Source: Burkholderiales bacterium
Lineage (GTDB): Bacteria; Pseudomonadota; Gammaproteobacteria; Burkholderiales; SG8-39
Assembly: GCA_036406675.1 (NCBI GenBank)
Contig: DASXAO010000047.1
Span: 4,513 to 68,512, forward strand
Direction of reading: 5' to 3'
Length of the DNA stretch: 64,000 nucleotides
Shown: piece by piece, positions 18,067 through 25,893 of the stretch
How positions within the stretch are numbered: position 1 is the stretch's first letter
Layout: every line of letters starts with the position of its first letter
Notes under the pieces: model-generated
Seen by the model: only the letters and a program-made list of their open reading frames with translations
What the model was told of the DNA's origin: nothing
The model's database searches: none
Made by a program: the position numbers and the translations under genes

Positions 18067-18357
18067 GTGACGACGCGAAGCAATCTGGTCGCCTTCCCGG
18101 GCATCGAGCGTGAGCTGGTTCTCGAGCTCGCCGCCGTGCTGGCGCGCTACGGTGCGAGCGCGGCGGCGCAGGAGCGGCTGCGGCGCGCGCGCCGGCCGGA
18201 TCCTTTGCTGATGCGCCAGGCGTACCAGGAGCTGCGGCGCCTGGGCGCGCATCACTGGCTGCTCGCGGTAGTGCGGGCATGGCACGACGGCCTGTCCGAC
18301 TTCGAGGCGCTTCGCACCCTGAAGGAAATGAACGCCGACCGGTTCGATTTCAATTGA
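18067..18357 (+). CDS. Hypothetical protein (96 aa)
   Basis: GTG at 18067 in the frame of ORF 17704..18357. Strongly GC3-biased codons. No motif recognised. Confidence 0.45.
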   Translation: MTTRSNLVAFPGIERELVLELAAVLARYGASAAAQERLRRARRPDPLLMRQAYQELRRLGAHHWLLAVVRAWHDGLSDFEALRTLKEMNADRFDFN

Positions 18358-18565
18358 ACCCGCGCAACCGCAGCACCCGCCCGTCCACGGCATAGATCGC
18401 GCTGCCGTAGTAGTTGCCGACCACGAGAAATTTCGCGTCGCCGGCCTGCGTCTCGTTGCCGGTGGCGTCGAAATAGCGCTCGCTCACGCCGAGGTATCCG
18501 CCCATGTATTCGGCCGCGTCGATCACGTTCTTTGGGATCTCGCCCACCTTTTTTCTCCGCGACAA
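18350..18565 (-). CDS. Hypothetical small protein (71 aa)
   Basis: Complete ORF with GC3-biased codons (MSRRKKVGEIPKNVIDAAEYMGGYLGV..). Convergent with 18067..18357 and overlaps it by 8 nt. Confidence 0.5.
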   Translation of the reverse strand: MSRRKKVGEIPKNVIDAAEYMGGYLGVSERYFDATGNETQAGDAKFLVVGNYYGSAIYAVDGRVLRLRGFN

Positions 18566-18669
18566 TGTTGTGGGGCGAAAAATACCCGGGCGGGCGCCGT
18601 GGTGACGGACAACGGGAAAAGTAGCATCCGCCGCTTCAGGGCGTGCGCTGCGGCGCTACTTCGGCAGGG

Positions 18670-19008
18670 CTAGGCGGGGCTCGGCGGGCGAACGGGTGCC
18701 GGGCGCGGCGGGCGCAGGTGCAGCGGAATCCAGGACACGGCGACGTCGCCGTGGATGAAGGTCTGGCAGGCCATGCGGTGGCCGGCGGCAAAGTCCGCCT
18801 CGGAGAGGTGGTTGCGCTCCTTGTCCTTGATGGCGTCGGTGTTCTCGAGCCCGCGCTCGATCTTGCACTTGCAGGTGCCGCACAGGCCGGCGCCGCACTT
18901 GAACGGAATTCCGCCCTTTTCGCGGATCGACAGGCGCAGGAGGTTGCCGGGCTCGGCCGCGGTGACGACCTTGCCCTCGTTCGTGATGAAGGTGACCGTG
19001 ACGGGCAT
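18670..19008 (-). CDS. Plant-type [2Fe-2S] ferredoxin-domain protein
   Basis: FKCGAGLCGTCKC ... ACQTF gives Cx4Cx2C...C ligand spacing. Pro-rich C-terminal tail. Confidence 0.85.
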   Translation of the reverse strand: MPVTVTFITNEGKVVTAAEPGNLLRLSIREKGGIPFKCGAGLCGTCKCKIERGLENTDAIKDKERNHLSEADFAAGHRMACQTFIHGDVAVSWIPLHLRPPRPAPVRPPSPA

Positions 19009-19302
19009 TCAGATCCTCTCGAGCGACACGTCCAACGTTCCCAGGCCCGCCAGGCTGCGCAACTCGCGGCGCGCCTTCTCCAGGCTGTCGAAGCGCGGCA
19101 GGAACTTGGACGGCACGAAGTTCACCGCCGCGGGGGAGGCCTCGTCGACGATCTTCACCTTCGGCTCGCCCTCGATCTGTGCGATCACGAATCGGGCGCG
19201 CTTGCGCCCGCAAAAGAGATAGTCGTAGGTTTCCACCGGCTTCAGACCGTCGCCCGCCTCGGTGCGGAACTGGCCCGGCTTGCTCGTCAGGATGACGTAC
19301 AT
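19009..19302 (-). CDS. 97-aa protein of unknown function between the two ferredoxin genes
   Basis: ATG at 19302 (MYVILTSKPGQFRTEAGDG..) inside ORF 19009..19479. Its stop abuts the ferredoxin start at 19008, and it overlaps the upstream ferredoxin gene by 16 nt. Confidence 0.6.
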   Translation of the reverse strand: MYVILTSKPGQFRTEAGDGLKPVETYDYLFCGRKRARFVIAQIEGEPKVKIVDEASPAAVNFVPSKFLPRFDSLEKARRELRSLAGLGTLDVSLERI

Positions 19303-19613
19303 GGCGGCGTCGCCGGCACCAGGTTTTCCTGCGTCAGCGCCAGGTCGTGGCTGATCCAGAGCTGGCAGCAAAGGCGATAGCCGAGCTGCAGCCGCTCGCC
19401 GAGCAGCTTCTGCTCCTTCCAGTTGGGCGGCGGCAGGTGCTCGCCGCCCTTGAGGATGTGGCTCGCGCAGGTGCCGCATTGGCCCATGCCGCAGCGGTAC
19501 TTGAGGTGCGGCCAGGGAAATTGCTTGATGCCGGCGCGCACCACGAGGTTGGTGTTCTCCTTCACCTCGCCCTCGTACACCTCGCCGCCTTTGTGGACGG
19601 TGATCTTCGGCAT
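19287..19613 (-). CDS. Plant-type [2Fe-2S] ferredoxin-domain protein
   Basis: RCGMGQCGTCASHI ... LCCQLW gives Cx4Cx2C...C. First gene of the three-gene minus-strand operon. Confidence 0.8.
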   Translation of the reverse strand: MPKITVHKGGEVYEGEVKENTNLVVRAGIKQFPWPHLKYRCGMGQCGTCASHILKGGEHLPPPNWKEQKLLGERLQLGYRLCCQLWISHDLALTQENLVPATPPCTSS

Positions 19614-19616
19614 GGC

Positions 19617-19626
19617 TTGTATACGA
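19617..19626. promoter_or_regulatory. GntR/FadR-type half-degenerate operator TTGTATACGA
   Basis: Matches the t.GT.n.AC.a core at 9 of 10 palindromic positions. Located 4 bp upstream of the ferredoxin start codon. Confidence 0.4.
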
Positions 19627-19702
19627 CGCCCGGGTTCGACCTGGGCTGCCCTGTACCCCTTCCTGCGAAACCTGGATTGACCTGCCTCAAGAGTCTAGTA
19701 TA

Positions 19703-19712
19703 TTGTATACAA
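19703..19712. promoter_or_regulatory. Perfect 10-bp palindrome TTGTATACAA (GntR/FadR-type operator candidate)
   Basis: Self-complementary, in the AT-rich core of the 151-bp divergent intergenic region. An FCD-type GntR gene lies at 23423..24076 in the same cluster. Confidence 0.5.
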
Positions 19713-19764
19713 CATTGCAATTTTCCTAGGATTGCAGCCCTTCCCAGCCCTTCCAGGAGACCTC

Positions 19765-20535
19765 ATGGCCGAGCTCATGAACCAGGACCACTTCCGCACC
19801 GCCCTCGAAAACGCGATCAAGGGCAGGGCCGCCACCAAGGCGCCGTTCAGCGTCGCCTGGGCGAGCGGGAAGCTCTCCCGAGAGCACCTCGCGCGCTGGG
19901 CGGAGAACCACTACCACTACGTCGGCCCCTTCGCCGACTACCTCGGCTACATCTACGCGCGCATGCCGGACGAGTTCCAGGACGCCAAGGACTTCCTGCT
20001 GCACAACATGTACGAGGAAGAGATCGGCGGGGACCGGCATACCGATCTCCTGATCCGCTTCGCCGAAGCCTGCGGCACCACGCGCGCCCGCGTCACCAAT
20101 CCCGACAACATGTCGGCCACCACGCGCGGCCTGCAAAGCTGGTGCTACGCCACCGCCATGCGCGAGGATCCGATCGTCGCCGTGGCGGGCCTGGTGGTCG
20201 GGCTCGAGTCGCAGGTGCCGTCGATCTACCGCAAGCAGACGCCCACGCTGCGCGAGAAGTACAAGTTCACCGACCAGGAGGTCGAGTTCTTCGACCTGCA
20301 CATCGTGTCCGACGAGATCCACGGTGAGCGCGGCTACCAGATCGTGCTCGAGCACGCGACCACCCCCGAGCTGCAGCGCCGCTGCCTCAAGATCTGCGAG
20401 GTCGGCGCGCAAATGCGGCTCTCGTACACGACGGCCCTCTACTACGACTACGTGGCGAACGATGTTCCGCTCGCCGAGCTCGACATGGCCGAGAGGCAGG
20501 TCCCCGCCGGCGAGCGGGCGCTGCTGCAGGCATGA
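19765..20535 (+). CDS. Heme-oxygenase-like fold protein (TenA/PqqC/CADD family) with apparent diiron ligand set
   Basis: ATG at 19765 is 4 nt after AGGAGA (the ORF-track start at 19732 is a TTG). Motifs: YEEEIGGDRH (E-x6-H), GLESQ (E) and HIVSDEIH (HxxxDxxH). Confidence 0.75.
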   Translation: MAELMNQDHFRTALENAIKGRAATKAPFSVAWASGKLSREHLARWAENHYHYVGPFADYLGYIYARMPDEFQDAKDFLLHNMYEEEIGGDRHTDLLIRFAEACGTTRARVTNPDNMSATTRGLQSWCYATAMREDPIVAVAGLVVGLESQVPSIYRKQTPTLREKYKFTDQEVEFFDLHIVSDEIHGERGYQIVLEHATTPELQRRCLKICEVGAQMRLSYTTALYYDYVANDVPLAELDMAERQVPAGERALLQA

Positions 20536-21980
20536 GCATGCAGTTCATGAACCTGATCGGCGGCGAGCCCGTCGCCGCGTCCACGGGGCGGACCTTCGAC
20601 GACGTCAATCCCGCCGACACGCGCGACATCGTCGGACGCTTCCAGGCGTCGAGCGCCGCCGACGCAGCCGCGGCGGTCAACGCCGCCGCCGGCGCGTTCG
20701 ACGCCTGGCGCAGGCATCCGGTCTCGAAGCGCGCGAAGGTGCTGCAGGGCGCGGCCGACTATCTCGAGGCGAACGTCGGGCGCTTCGCCGAGGAGCTGAC
20801 GCGCGAGGAGGGCAAGTCGATCGCCCTCGCCAAGGACGAGATCCTGCGCTCGGCGCAGACGCTGCGCTTCTACGCGGTGGAGGGCCAGTCGTTCACCGGC
20901 GAGACTTTCCCGAACGACGACCCCGACATGCTGGTCTACACCGCGCGCGAGCCGCTCGGCGTGGTATCGGTCATCACGCCCTGGAACTTCCCGATCTCGA
21001 TTCCGGCGCGCAAGATCGCGCCCGCGCTCATCACCGGCAACACAGTGGTGTTCAAGCCTTCTTCCGATGCGCCGCTCATCGGCTATCGCCTCGCGCAGGC
21101 GCTGCTCGAGGCGGGCCTGCCCAAAGGCGCGCTGAACTTCCTCACCGGCGCCGCGGCGGACGTGGGCGCGGCGATCACGGAACCGGCGGCGGTCCGCGCG
21201 GTGTCCTTCACCGGCTCGACCGCGGCGGGCGAGCACATCCACCGCTCGGTGCCGCTCACCACGCGCACGCAGATGGAGCTCGGCGGCAAGAATCCGCTCA
21301 TCGTGATGGAGGACGCCGACCTCGACAAGGCGGTCGAACTCGCGGTGAAGGGCGGGCTTTCGCTCAGCGGCCAGGCCTGCACCGGGACGAGCCGGCTGCT
21401 GGTTCACGCGCAGGTGCGCCTCCGCTTCACCGAGAAGCTGCTCGCCAAGGTGAAGGCGCTGCGCGTCGGCAGCGGCATGGACCCGGCGGCGGAGATCGGC
21501 CCGCTCGCCTCGCGCAGGCAGCTCGACACGGTGCTGCGCTACGTCGACCTCGGCAAGCGCGAGGCTACGCACCTCCACGGCGGCGAGCGCCTCGCCGGCG
21601 AGGGCTTCGAGCACGGCTACTATGTCTCGCCGGCGGTGTTCACCGACGCCAAGCCCTCCATGCGCATCGCGCGCGAGGAGATCTTCGGGCCGGTGCTCGC
21701 CATCATCGAAGTCACGGGCTACGAGGACGCGCTCGCGGTGGCGAACGACACCGACTACGGGCTCTCGGCCGCGATCGCCACGAGGAACCCGGCGTACATG
21801 CACCGCTTCGCGCGCGACATCCAGTCCGGCACGGTGAAGATCAACCGCACGACCACCGGCAATCTGGTCAACGCGCCTTTCGGCGGGCTCAAGCGCTCGA
21901 GCACCTCGACCTTCCGCGAGTCCGGCCGGGCGGGGCTCGAGTTCTACACGCAGATCAAGACGGTGTACCAGGGGCTATGA
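20532..21980 (+). CDS. NAD(P)+ aldehyde dehydrogenase (2,5-dioxovalerate/semialdehyde dehydrogenase-like)
   Basis: VITPWNFP, FKPS, FTGST, ELGGKNP (catalytic Glu), GQACTGTSR (catalytic Cys), EEIFGPV. ATGA overlap with the upstream gene. Confidence 0.9.
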   Translation: MSMQFMNLIGGEPVAASTGRTFDDVNPADTRDIVGRFQASSAADAAAAVNAAAGAFDAWRRHPVSKRAKVLQGAADYLEANVGRFAEELTREEGKSIALAKDEILRSAQTLRFYAVEGQSFTGETFPNDDPDMLVYTAREPLGVVSVITPWNFPISIPARKIAPALITGNTVVFKPSSDAPLIGYRLAQALLEAGLPKGALNFLTGAAADVGAAITEPAAVRAVSFTGSTAAGEHIHRSVPLTTRTQMELGGKNPLIVMEDADLDKAVELAVKGGLSLSGQACTGTSRLLVHAQVRLRFTEKLLAKVKALRVGSGMDPAAEIGPLASRRQLDTVLRYVDLGKREATHLHGGERLAGEGFEHGYYVSPAVFTDAKPSMRIAREEIFGPVLAIIEVTGYEDALAVANDTDYGLSAAIATRNPAYMHRFARDIQSGTVKINRTTTGNLVNAPFGGLKRSSTSTFRESGRAGLEFYTQIKTVYQGL

Positions 21981-22453
21981 GAACCGCGTTCAAGCTCGAG
22001 CTCGCCGAAGCGCGCGCCATGGCGCAGGCGGCGCTCGCGAAAGCCGAGGCGCTCAAAGTCCCGGAGACGGTCTGCATCGTCGACGACGGCGGGTACCCGA
22101 TCGCGCTCGAGCGCATGGACGGCGCCCGCGTCACCGGCCCGCAGATCGCCTGGAACAAGGCCTTCACCGCGGCGGGGCACAAGCGCTCGACCCATCTTTT
22201 CACCACGCCGCCGAACGGCCCGGCGCTGCCGGGGAACGAGGCCTTCGGCATCCAGTGGAGCTTCGAGGGCCGCTTCGCCGCGTTCGTCGGCGGCTTCCCG
22301 GTGGTCGTGAACGGGGAGGTCGTCGGCGGGGTGGGGCTTTCGGGCGGCAACGGCGAGCAGGACACGAAGTGCGGCCTGGCGGCGCTGCAGGCGCTGAAGG
22401 ACCTGCTCGGTGCGAAGCACGCCGTGCTGGTCGAGGCCGACATCAAGAAATGA
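21977..22453 (+). CDS. GlcG/HbpS-like (DUF336) heme-binding protein
   Basis: ATGA overlap with the ALDH stop. IVDDGGYPIALERMDGA... and VGGVGLSGGNGEQD are the characteristic blocks. Confidence 0.8.
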   Translation: MRTAFKLELAEARAMAQAALAKAEALKVPETVCIVDDGGYPIALERMDGARVTGPQIAWNKAFTAAGHKRSTHLFTTPPNGPALPGNEAFGIQWSFEGRFAAFVGGFPVVVNGEVVGGVGLSGGNGEQDTKCGLAALQALKDLLGAKHAVLVEADIKK

Positions 22454-22481
22454 AGCCGATTTCCATCCGAGGAGAGGTCGC

Positions 22482-23426
22482 ATGATTCACCGCATGCTTC
22501 TTTTGGTTGCCTTGCTGTCCGCGTTCGCGGCGCAGGCGCAGTACCCGGCGAAGCCGGTGCGCGTCGTCGTGAGCACCGTTCCCGGGCCGCTCGATACCTT
22601 CGCGCGCATGGTGCTCGACAAGATGTCGGCGGCGCTCAAGCAGCCGTTCGTGGTGGAGAACAAGCCCGGCGCCGGAGGCAACATCGCCGCCGACATGGTG
22701 GCCAAGTCCCCCGCCGACGGCTATACGCTCCTCTTCGCCATCGACACGACGTTCACGGTCAATCCTTCCATATACAAGACGCTGCCGTTCGACCCGGCCA
22801 AGGACTTCGCCGCCATCTCGGTCCCCGTCACGTACGGCCAGCTGCTCGCCGTGCATCCATCGGTTCCGGCGAATTCGGTCAAGGAGCTGGTGGCGCTCGC
22901 GAAGCAGAAGAAGCTCACCTATGCCTCCGGCGGCAACGGGACGCCGAGCCATCTCTCCGGGGCGTACTTCCTCGCCGCCGCCGGCATCGACATGACGCAC
23001 GTGCCGTACAAGGGCACCGGCCAATCGGTGATCGACGTCGTCGCCGGTCAGGTGGACTCGATCTTCGCGGTGACCACCGGCGTGCTGCCGCACGTGAAGG
23101 CCGGCAAGCTGCGCGCGCTCGGCATCTCGAGCGCCAAGCGCTCGGCGCTCGCGCCGGAGGTGCCCACCATCGCCGAGACCTATCCGGGATTCGAAGCCGC
23201 GTTCGCCTATGCGCTCATGGCGCCGGCCCGCACGTCCGTCGACATCGTGCAAACGCTCAATCGCGAGGTGCTGAACGCGCTGGCGCAGCCCGACGTGCAG
23301 GAGAAGAACCGCACGTTCGACTACGTCGCGACGGGTCTCAATCCGAGCCAGTCGGCAGCGTGGCTGAAGGACAACCGGGAGCGCTGGGCGCAGGTCATCA
23401 AGCGCGCCGGGATCCTTGCGGAATGA
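22482..23426 (+). CDS. Bug/TctC-family tripartite tricarboxylate transporter substrate-binding protein
   Basis: ATG at 22482. Signal peptide MIHRMLLLVALLSAFAAQAQ, then YPAKPVRVVV, ENKPGAGGNIAA, PYKGTGQ and a WAQVIKRAGI tail. Confidence 0.88.
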   Translation: MIHRMLLLVALLSAFAAQAQYPAKPVRVVVSTVPGPLDTFARMVLDKMSAALKQPFVVENKPGAGGNIAADMVAKSPADGYTLLFAIDTTFTVNPSIYKTLPFDPAKDFAAISVPVTYGQLLAVHPSVPANSVKELVALAKQKKLTYASGGNGTPSHLSGAYFLAAAGIDMTHVPYKGTGQSVIDVVAGQVDSIFAVTTGVLPHVKAGKLRALGISSAKRSALAPEVPTIAETYPGFEAAFAYALMAPARTSVDIVQTLNREVLNALAQPDVQEKNRTFDYVATGLNPSQSAAWLKDNRERWAQVIKRAGILAE

Positions 23427-24076
23427 CGCTCAAGCATCATCCCTCGCTCGGGCAGCGCGTCGCCGACGAGCTGCGCCGCTCGATCCTCACCAACCGGAGA
23501 AAGCCCGGCGACCGGCTGATCGAGGACCGGCTCTCCGAGGAGCTCGGCGTCTCGCGCATCCCGATCCGGGAGGCCCTGCGCTCGCTCGCCGCCGAAGGCC
23601 TGGTGGACGTGCAGCCGCGGCGCGGCGCATCGGTCGCCGAGGTCTCCCCGGAAGTCGCGCGCGACCTCGTCGAGGTGCGCGCCACGCTCGAGGGCCTGAA
23701 CGCCCGCCTCGCGGCGCGCCATCACGACCCGGCGATCGTCGAGGAGCTGCGCCAGGTGCTCGAGCAGGGCAACCGCGCCGCAAGATCGAAGAACGTCGAC
23801 GACCTGGTGCGCCTGAACGGGGAGTTCCACGACAAGCTCGGCCAGGCGGGGCGCAACAGCATCCTCGGCGACATCATGCGCACCCTGCGCGAGCGCACCA
23901 GCCTGGTTTTCGCCGCCAACAGCGCGCGCCGCGCCCAGCAGGACTGGGACGAGCACTCGAAGATCCTCGCCGCGGTCATCGACGGCGACGAGGAGCTCGC
24001 CTCGATGCTCGCCATGCGCCACGTGCGCCGCGCTGCCGACGCCGCCTTTTCCATGGCGGCCAAGAAAAGCCCTTAG
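23423..24076 (+). CDS. GntR-family (FadR/FCD subfamily) transcriptional regulator
   Basis: ATGA overlap with the tctC-like stop. Winged HTH LSEELGVSRIPIREALRSLAAEGLV, followed by an all-helical FCD-type C-terminal domain. Confidence 0.88.
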   Translation: MTLKHHPSLGQRVADELRRSILTNRRKPGDRLIEDRLSEELGVSRIPIREALRSLAAEGLVDVQPRRGASVAEVSPEVARDLVEVRATLEGLNARLAARHHDPAIVEELRQVLEQGNRAARSKNVDDLVRLNGEFHDKLGQAGRNSILGDIMRTLRERTSLVFAANSARRAQQDWDEHSKILAAVIDGDEELASMLAMRHVRRAADAAFSMAAKKSP

Positions 24077-24985
24077 TCACTCTCCGATCGCGCCGCTGTC
24101 GACGTAAATGCGGCGCATCTTCGGGTAGCGCGCCTGGATGGCCCGCTTCAGCCTCGCGAGCGCCCCGCGGATCTCGAGGGTCGTGGCCCGCGCCGCGAAG
24201 CGCAGCTCGATGGCGAGCAGGATCTCGTCGGGCCCGAGGTAGATCGTGGTCAGGTTGTCGACGCGGTCGACCTCGGGGTCCGCGCGAATCATCTCGCGCA
24301 GCGCGTCGAGGGTGCGCTTCTCCACGCCTTCTCCGATCAGCAGGCCTTTGCTTTCGTAGACCATGACCAGGGCGACCGCGCACAGCAGGACGCCGATCAG
24401 GATCGAGGAGGCGCCGTCGATCCACGCCAGGCCGGGCGCGCCGCTCAGGGCGATGCCGGCAAAAGCGAGGGCGAGGCCCAGCAGCGCGGCCGAATCCTCC
24501 AGCAGCACGGCGAAGGTCGCGGGATTCTTGGTGGCATGGATCGTCTCCAGGATGCCCCGGCCGCGGCGCTCCGCGTGGAAGGCCTTGACGCCATAGGCCC
24601 AGCCCACGCCCTCGAATACCGCGGCGCAGGCGAGCACCGCGTAGCTCCAGCCGACGTTTGCGGGCGGGCCGGGATTCGCGAGGTGCATCGCGCCCGTCAC
24701 GATCGACATGCCGCCGCCGAGCGCGAACACCAGCATGCCGACGACGAGCGTCCAGAAGTAGAGCTCGTGGCCGTAGCCGAACGGGTGCTCGAGGTCGGCG
24801 GGCTTGCGGCTGCGGCGCAGGCCGTAGAGCATGAGCGCGCCGTTGCCGGTGTCGACCAGGGAATGGATCGCCTCGGCGAGCATCGCGGCGCTGCCCGAGG
24901 CCGCCGCGGCGACGAACTTGGTGGCGGCGATGGCGAGGTTGCCGGCGAGCGCGGCGACCACCGCCCGGCGCGTCTCGCCCGCCAT
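24077..24985 (-). CDS. Cation diffusion facilitator (CDF) family metal efflux transporter
   Basis: AGNLAIAATKFVAA..., AEAIHSLVDTGNG, FGYGHELYFW, six TM helices and a C-terminal cytoplasmic domain. Confidence 0.85.
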   Translation of the reverse strand: MAGETRRAVVAALAGNLAIAATKFVAAAASGSAAMLAEAIHSLVDTGNGALMLYGLRRSRKPADLEHPFGYGHELYFWTLVVGMLVFALGGGMSIVTGAMHLANPGPPANVGWSYAVLACAAVFEGVGWAYGVKAFHAERRGRGILETIHATKNPATFAVLLEDSAALLGLALAFAGIALSGAPGLAWIDGASSILIGVLLCAVALVMVYESKGLLIGEGVEKRTLDALREMIRADPEVDRVDNLTTIYLGPDEILLAIELRFAARATTLEIRGALARLKRAIQARYPKMRRIYVDSGAIGE

Positions 24986-25276
24986 TCAGCCGTAAACCAC
25001 CGCGCCGGCGATCACCGCGCTGTCCGCGGCGATCCAGGCGATGCACGCGAGGTAGATGTTGGGGTCTCGCTTGCGCAGGCCGTGCCAGAGCCACAGCAGC
25101 GCCGAAACGAGATACGCGCTCCAGGACAGGACGGAAACGCCGGTGGCCTGGTGCCCGACCCAGATGGTCCAGATCTGGGGAACCGTCATCACGATGGTGA
25201 ACACCGACATTGCGCCGAGCGCGCGGCGCAGCACGGCGTCGGAAACTGCGGAGAAGCTGGCGGGGTGCGGGCCCAT
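24986..25276 (-). CDS. PQ-loop / SemiSWEET-like 3-TM membrane protein (96 aa)
   Basis: Three predicted TM helices. PQ motif in TM1 (TVPQIWTIW), then SVLSWSAYLVSALLWLWHGL. Its stop codon directly abuts the CDF start codon. Confidence 0.55.
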   Translation of the reverse strand: MGPHPASFSAVSDAVLRRALGAMSVFTIVMTVPQIWTIWVGHQATGVSVLSWSAYLVSALLWLWHGLRKRDPNIYLACIAWIAADSAVIAGAVVYG

Positions 25277-25321
25277 TTCTATCCTCCCGGCGAAGAGCGC
25301 CGCGCCAAGAATAGCGGGCGA

Positions 25322-25729
25322 TCAGCCGCTCGGCTTCGCTTCGCCGTCCTGTTTCGGTTTTTCTTCCGCGGCGGAGTCCGCGGACGCGCCCGCGGACGCC
25401 TGCGCCGCATCGCGCTGCACCCCGAGCCCGGCGAGCGTCTGCTCGTCGAGCTGGCCGCTCACGGGAAGGTCGCTCGCGAGCTGGAATTGGCCGAGCGCCG
25501 CCTGGGTCTTCTCGCTGAAGTCGCCGTTGGCCGGGCCGCCGTCGAAGCCGAGCTCGCGCAGCTTTTCCTGCACCCGGCTGATGAGCCCGGTGTAGGGGTC
25601 CGCGGAAGCCGTTTGCGCCGGATCCGGGTAGGCCGCCTCCGGATGGATGTCGGTGAAGGGCCCTGCGTGGGCCAAGCCGAACGGGTTGGCCGCCAGGAAC
25701 ACTGTGATGATGCTCGCACGCACGTTCAT
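25322..25729 (-). CDS. Secreted peptidoglycan-binding (PG_binding_1) domain protein
   Basis: Signal peptide MNVRASIITVFLAANPFGLAHA. VQEKLRELGFDGGPANGDFSEKTQAALGQFQLASDLPVSGQLDEQT is the PGBD pattern. Low-complexity acidic tail. Confidence 0.7.
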   Translation of the reverse strand: MNVRASIITVFLAANPFGLAHAGPFTDIHPEAAYPDPAQTASADPYTGLISRVQEKLRELGFDGGPANGDFSEKTQAALGQFQLASDLPVSGQLDEQTLAGLGVQRDAAQASAGASADSAAEEKPKQDGEAKPSG

Positions 25730-25893
25730 GCCAGACCAGCGAGCAAACCGCGTTCCCGCGCGGCGAGCGGGCCCTAGTTCAGCAGACCTATCTGCGACAG
25801 GGCCGCGGGTGGTTTGTGGCCCGCGAGGTCGTCGCGGGAAGGCCTGGCACCGCGGATCGAGTAGAATCTGGCGCCCGCGTTCATGTTTGACTC

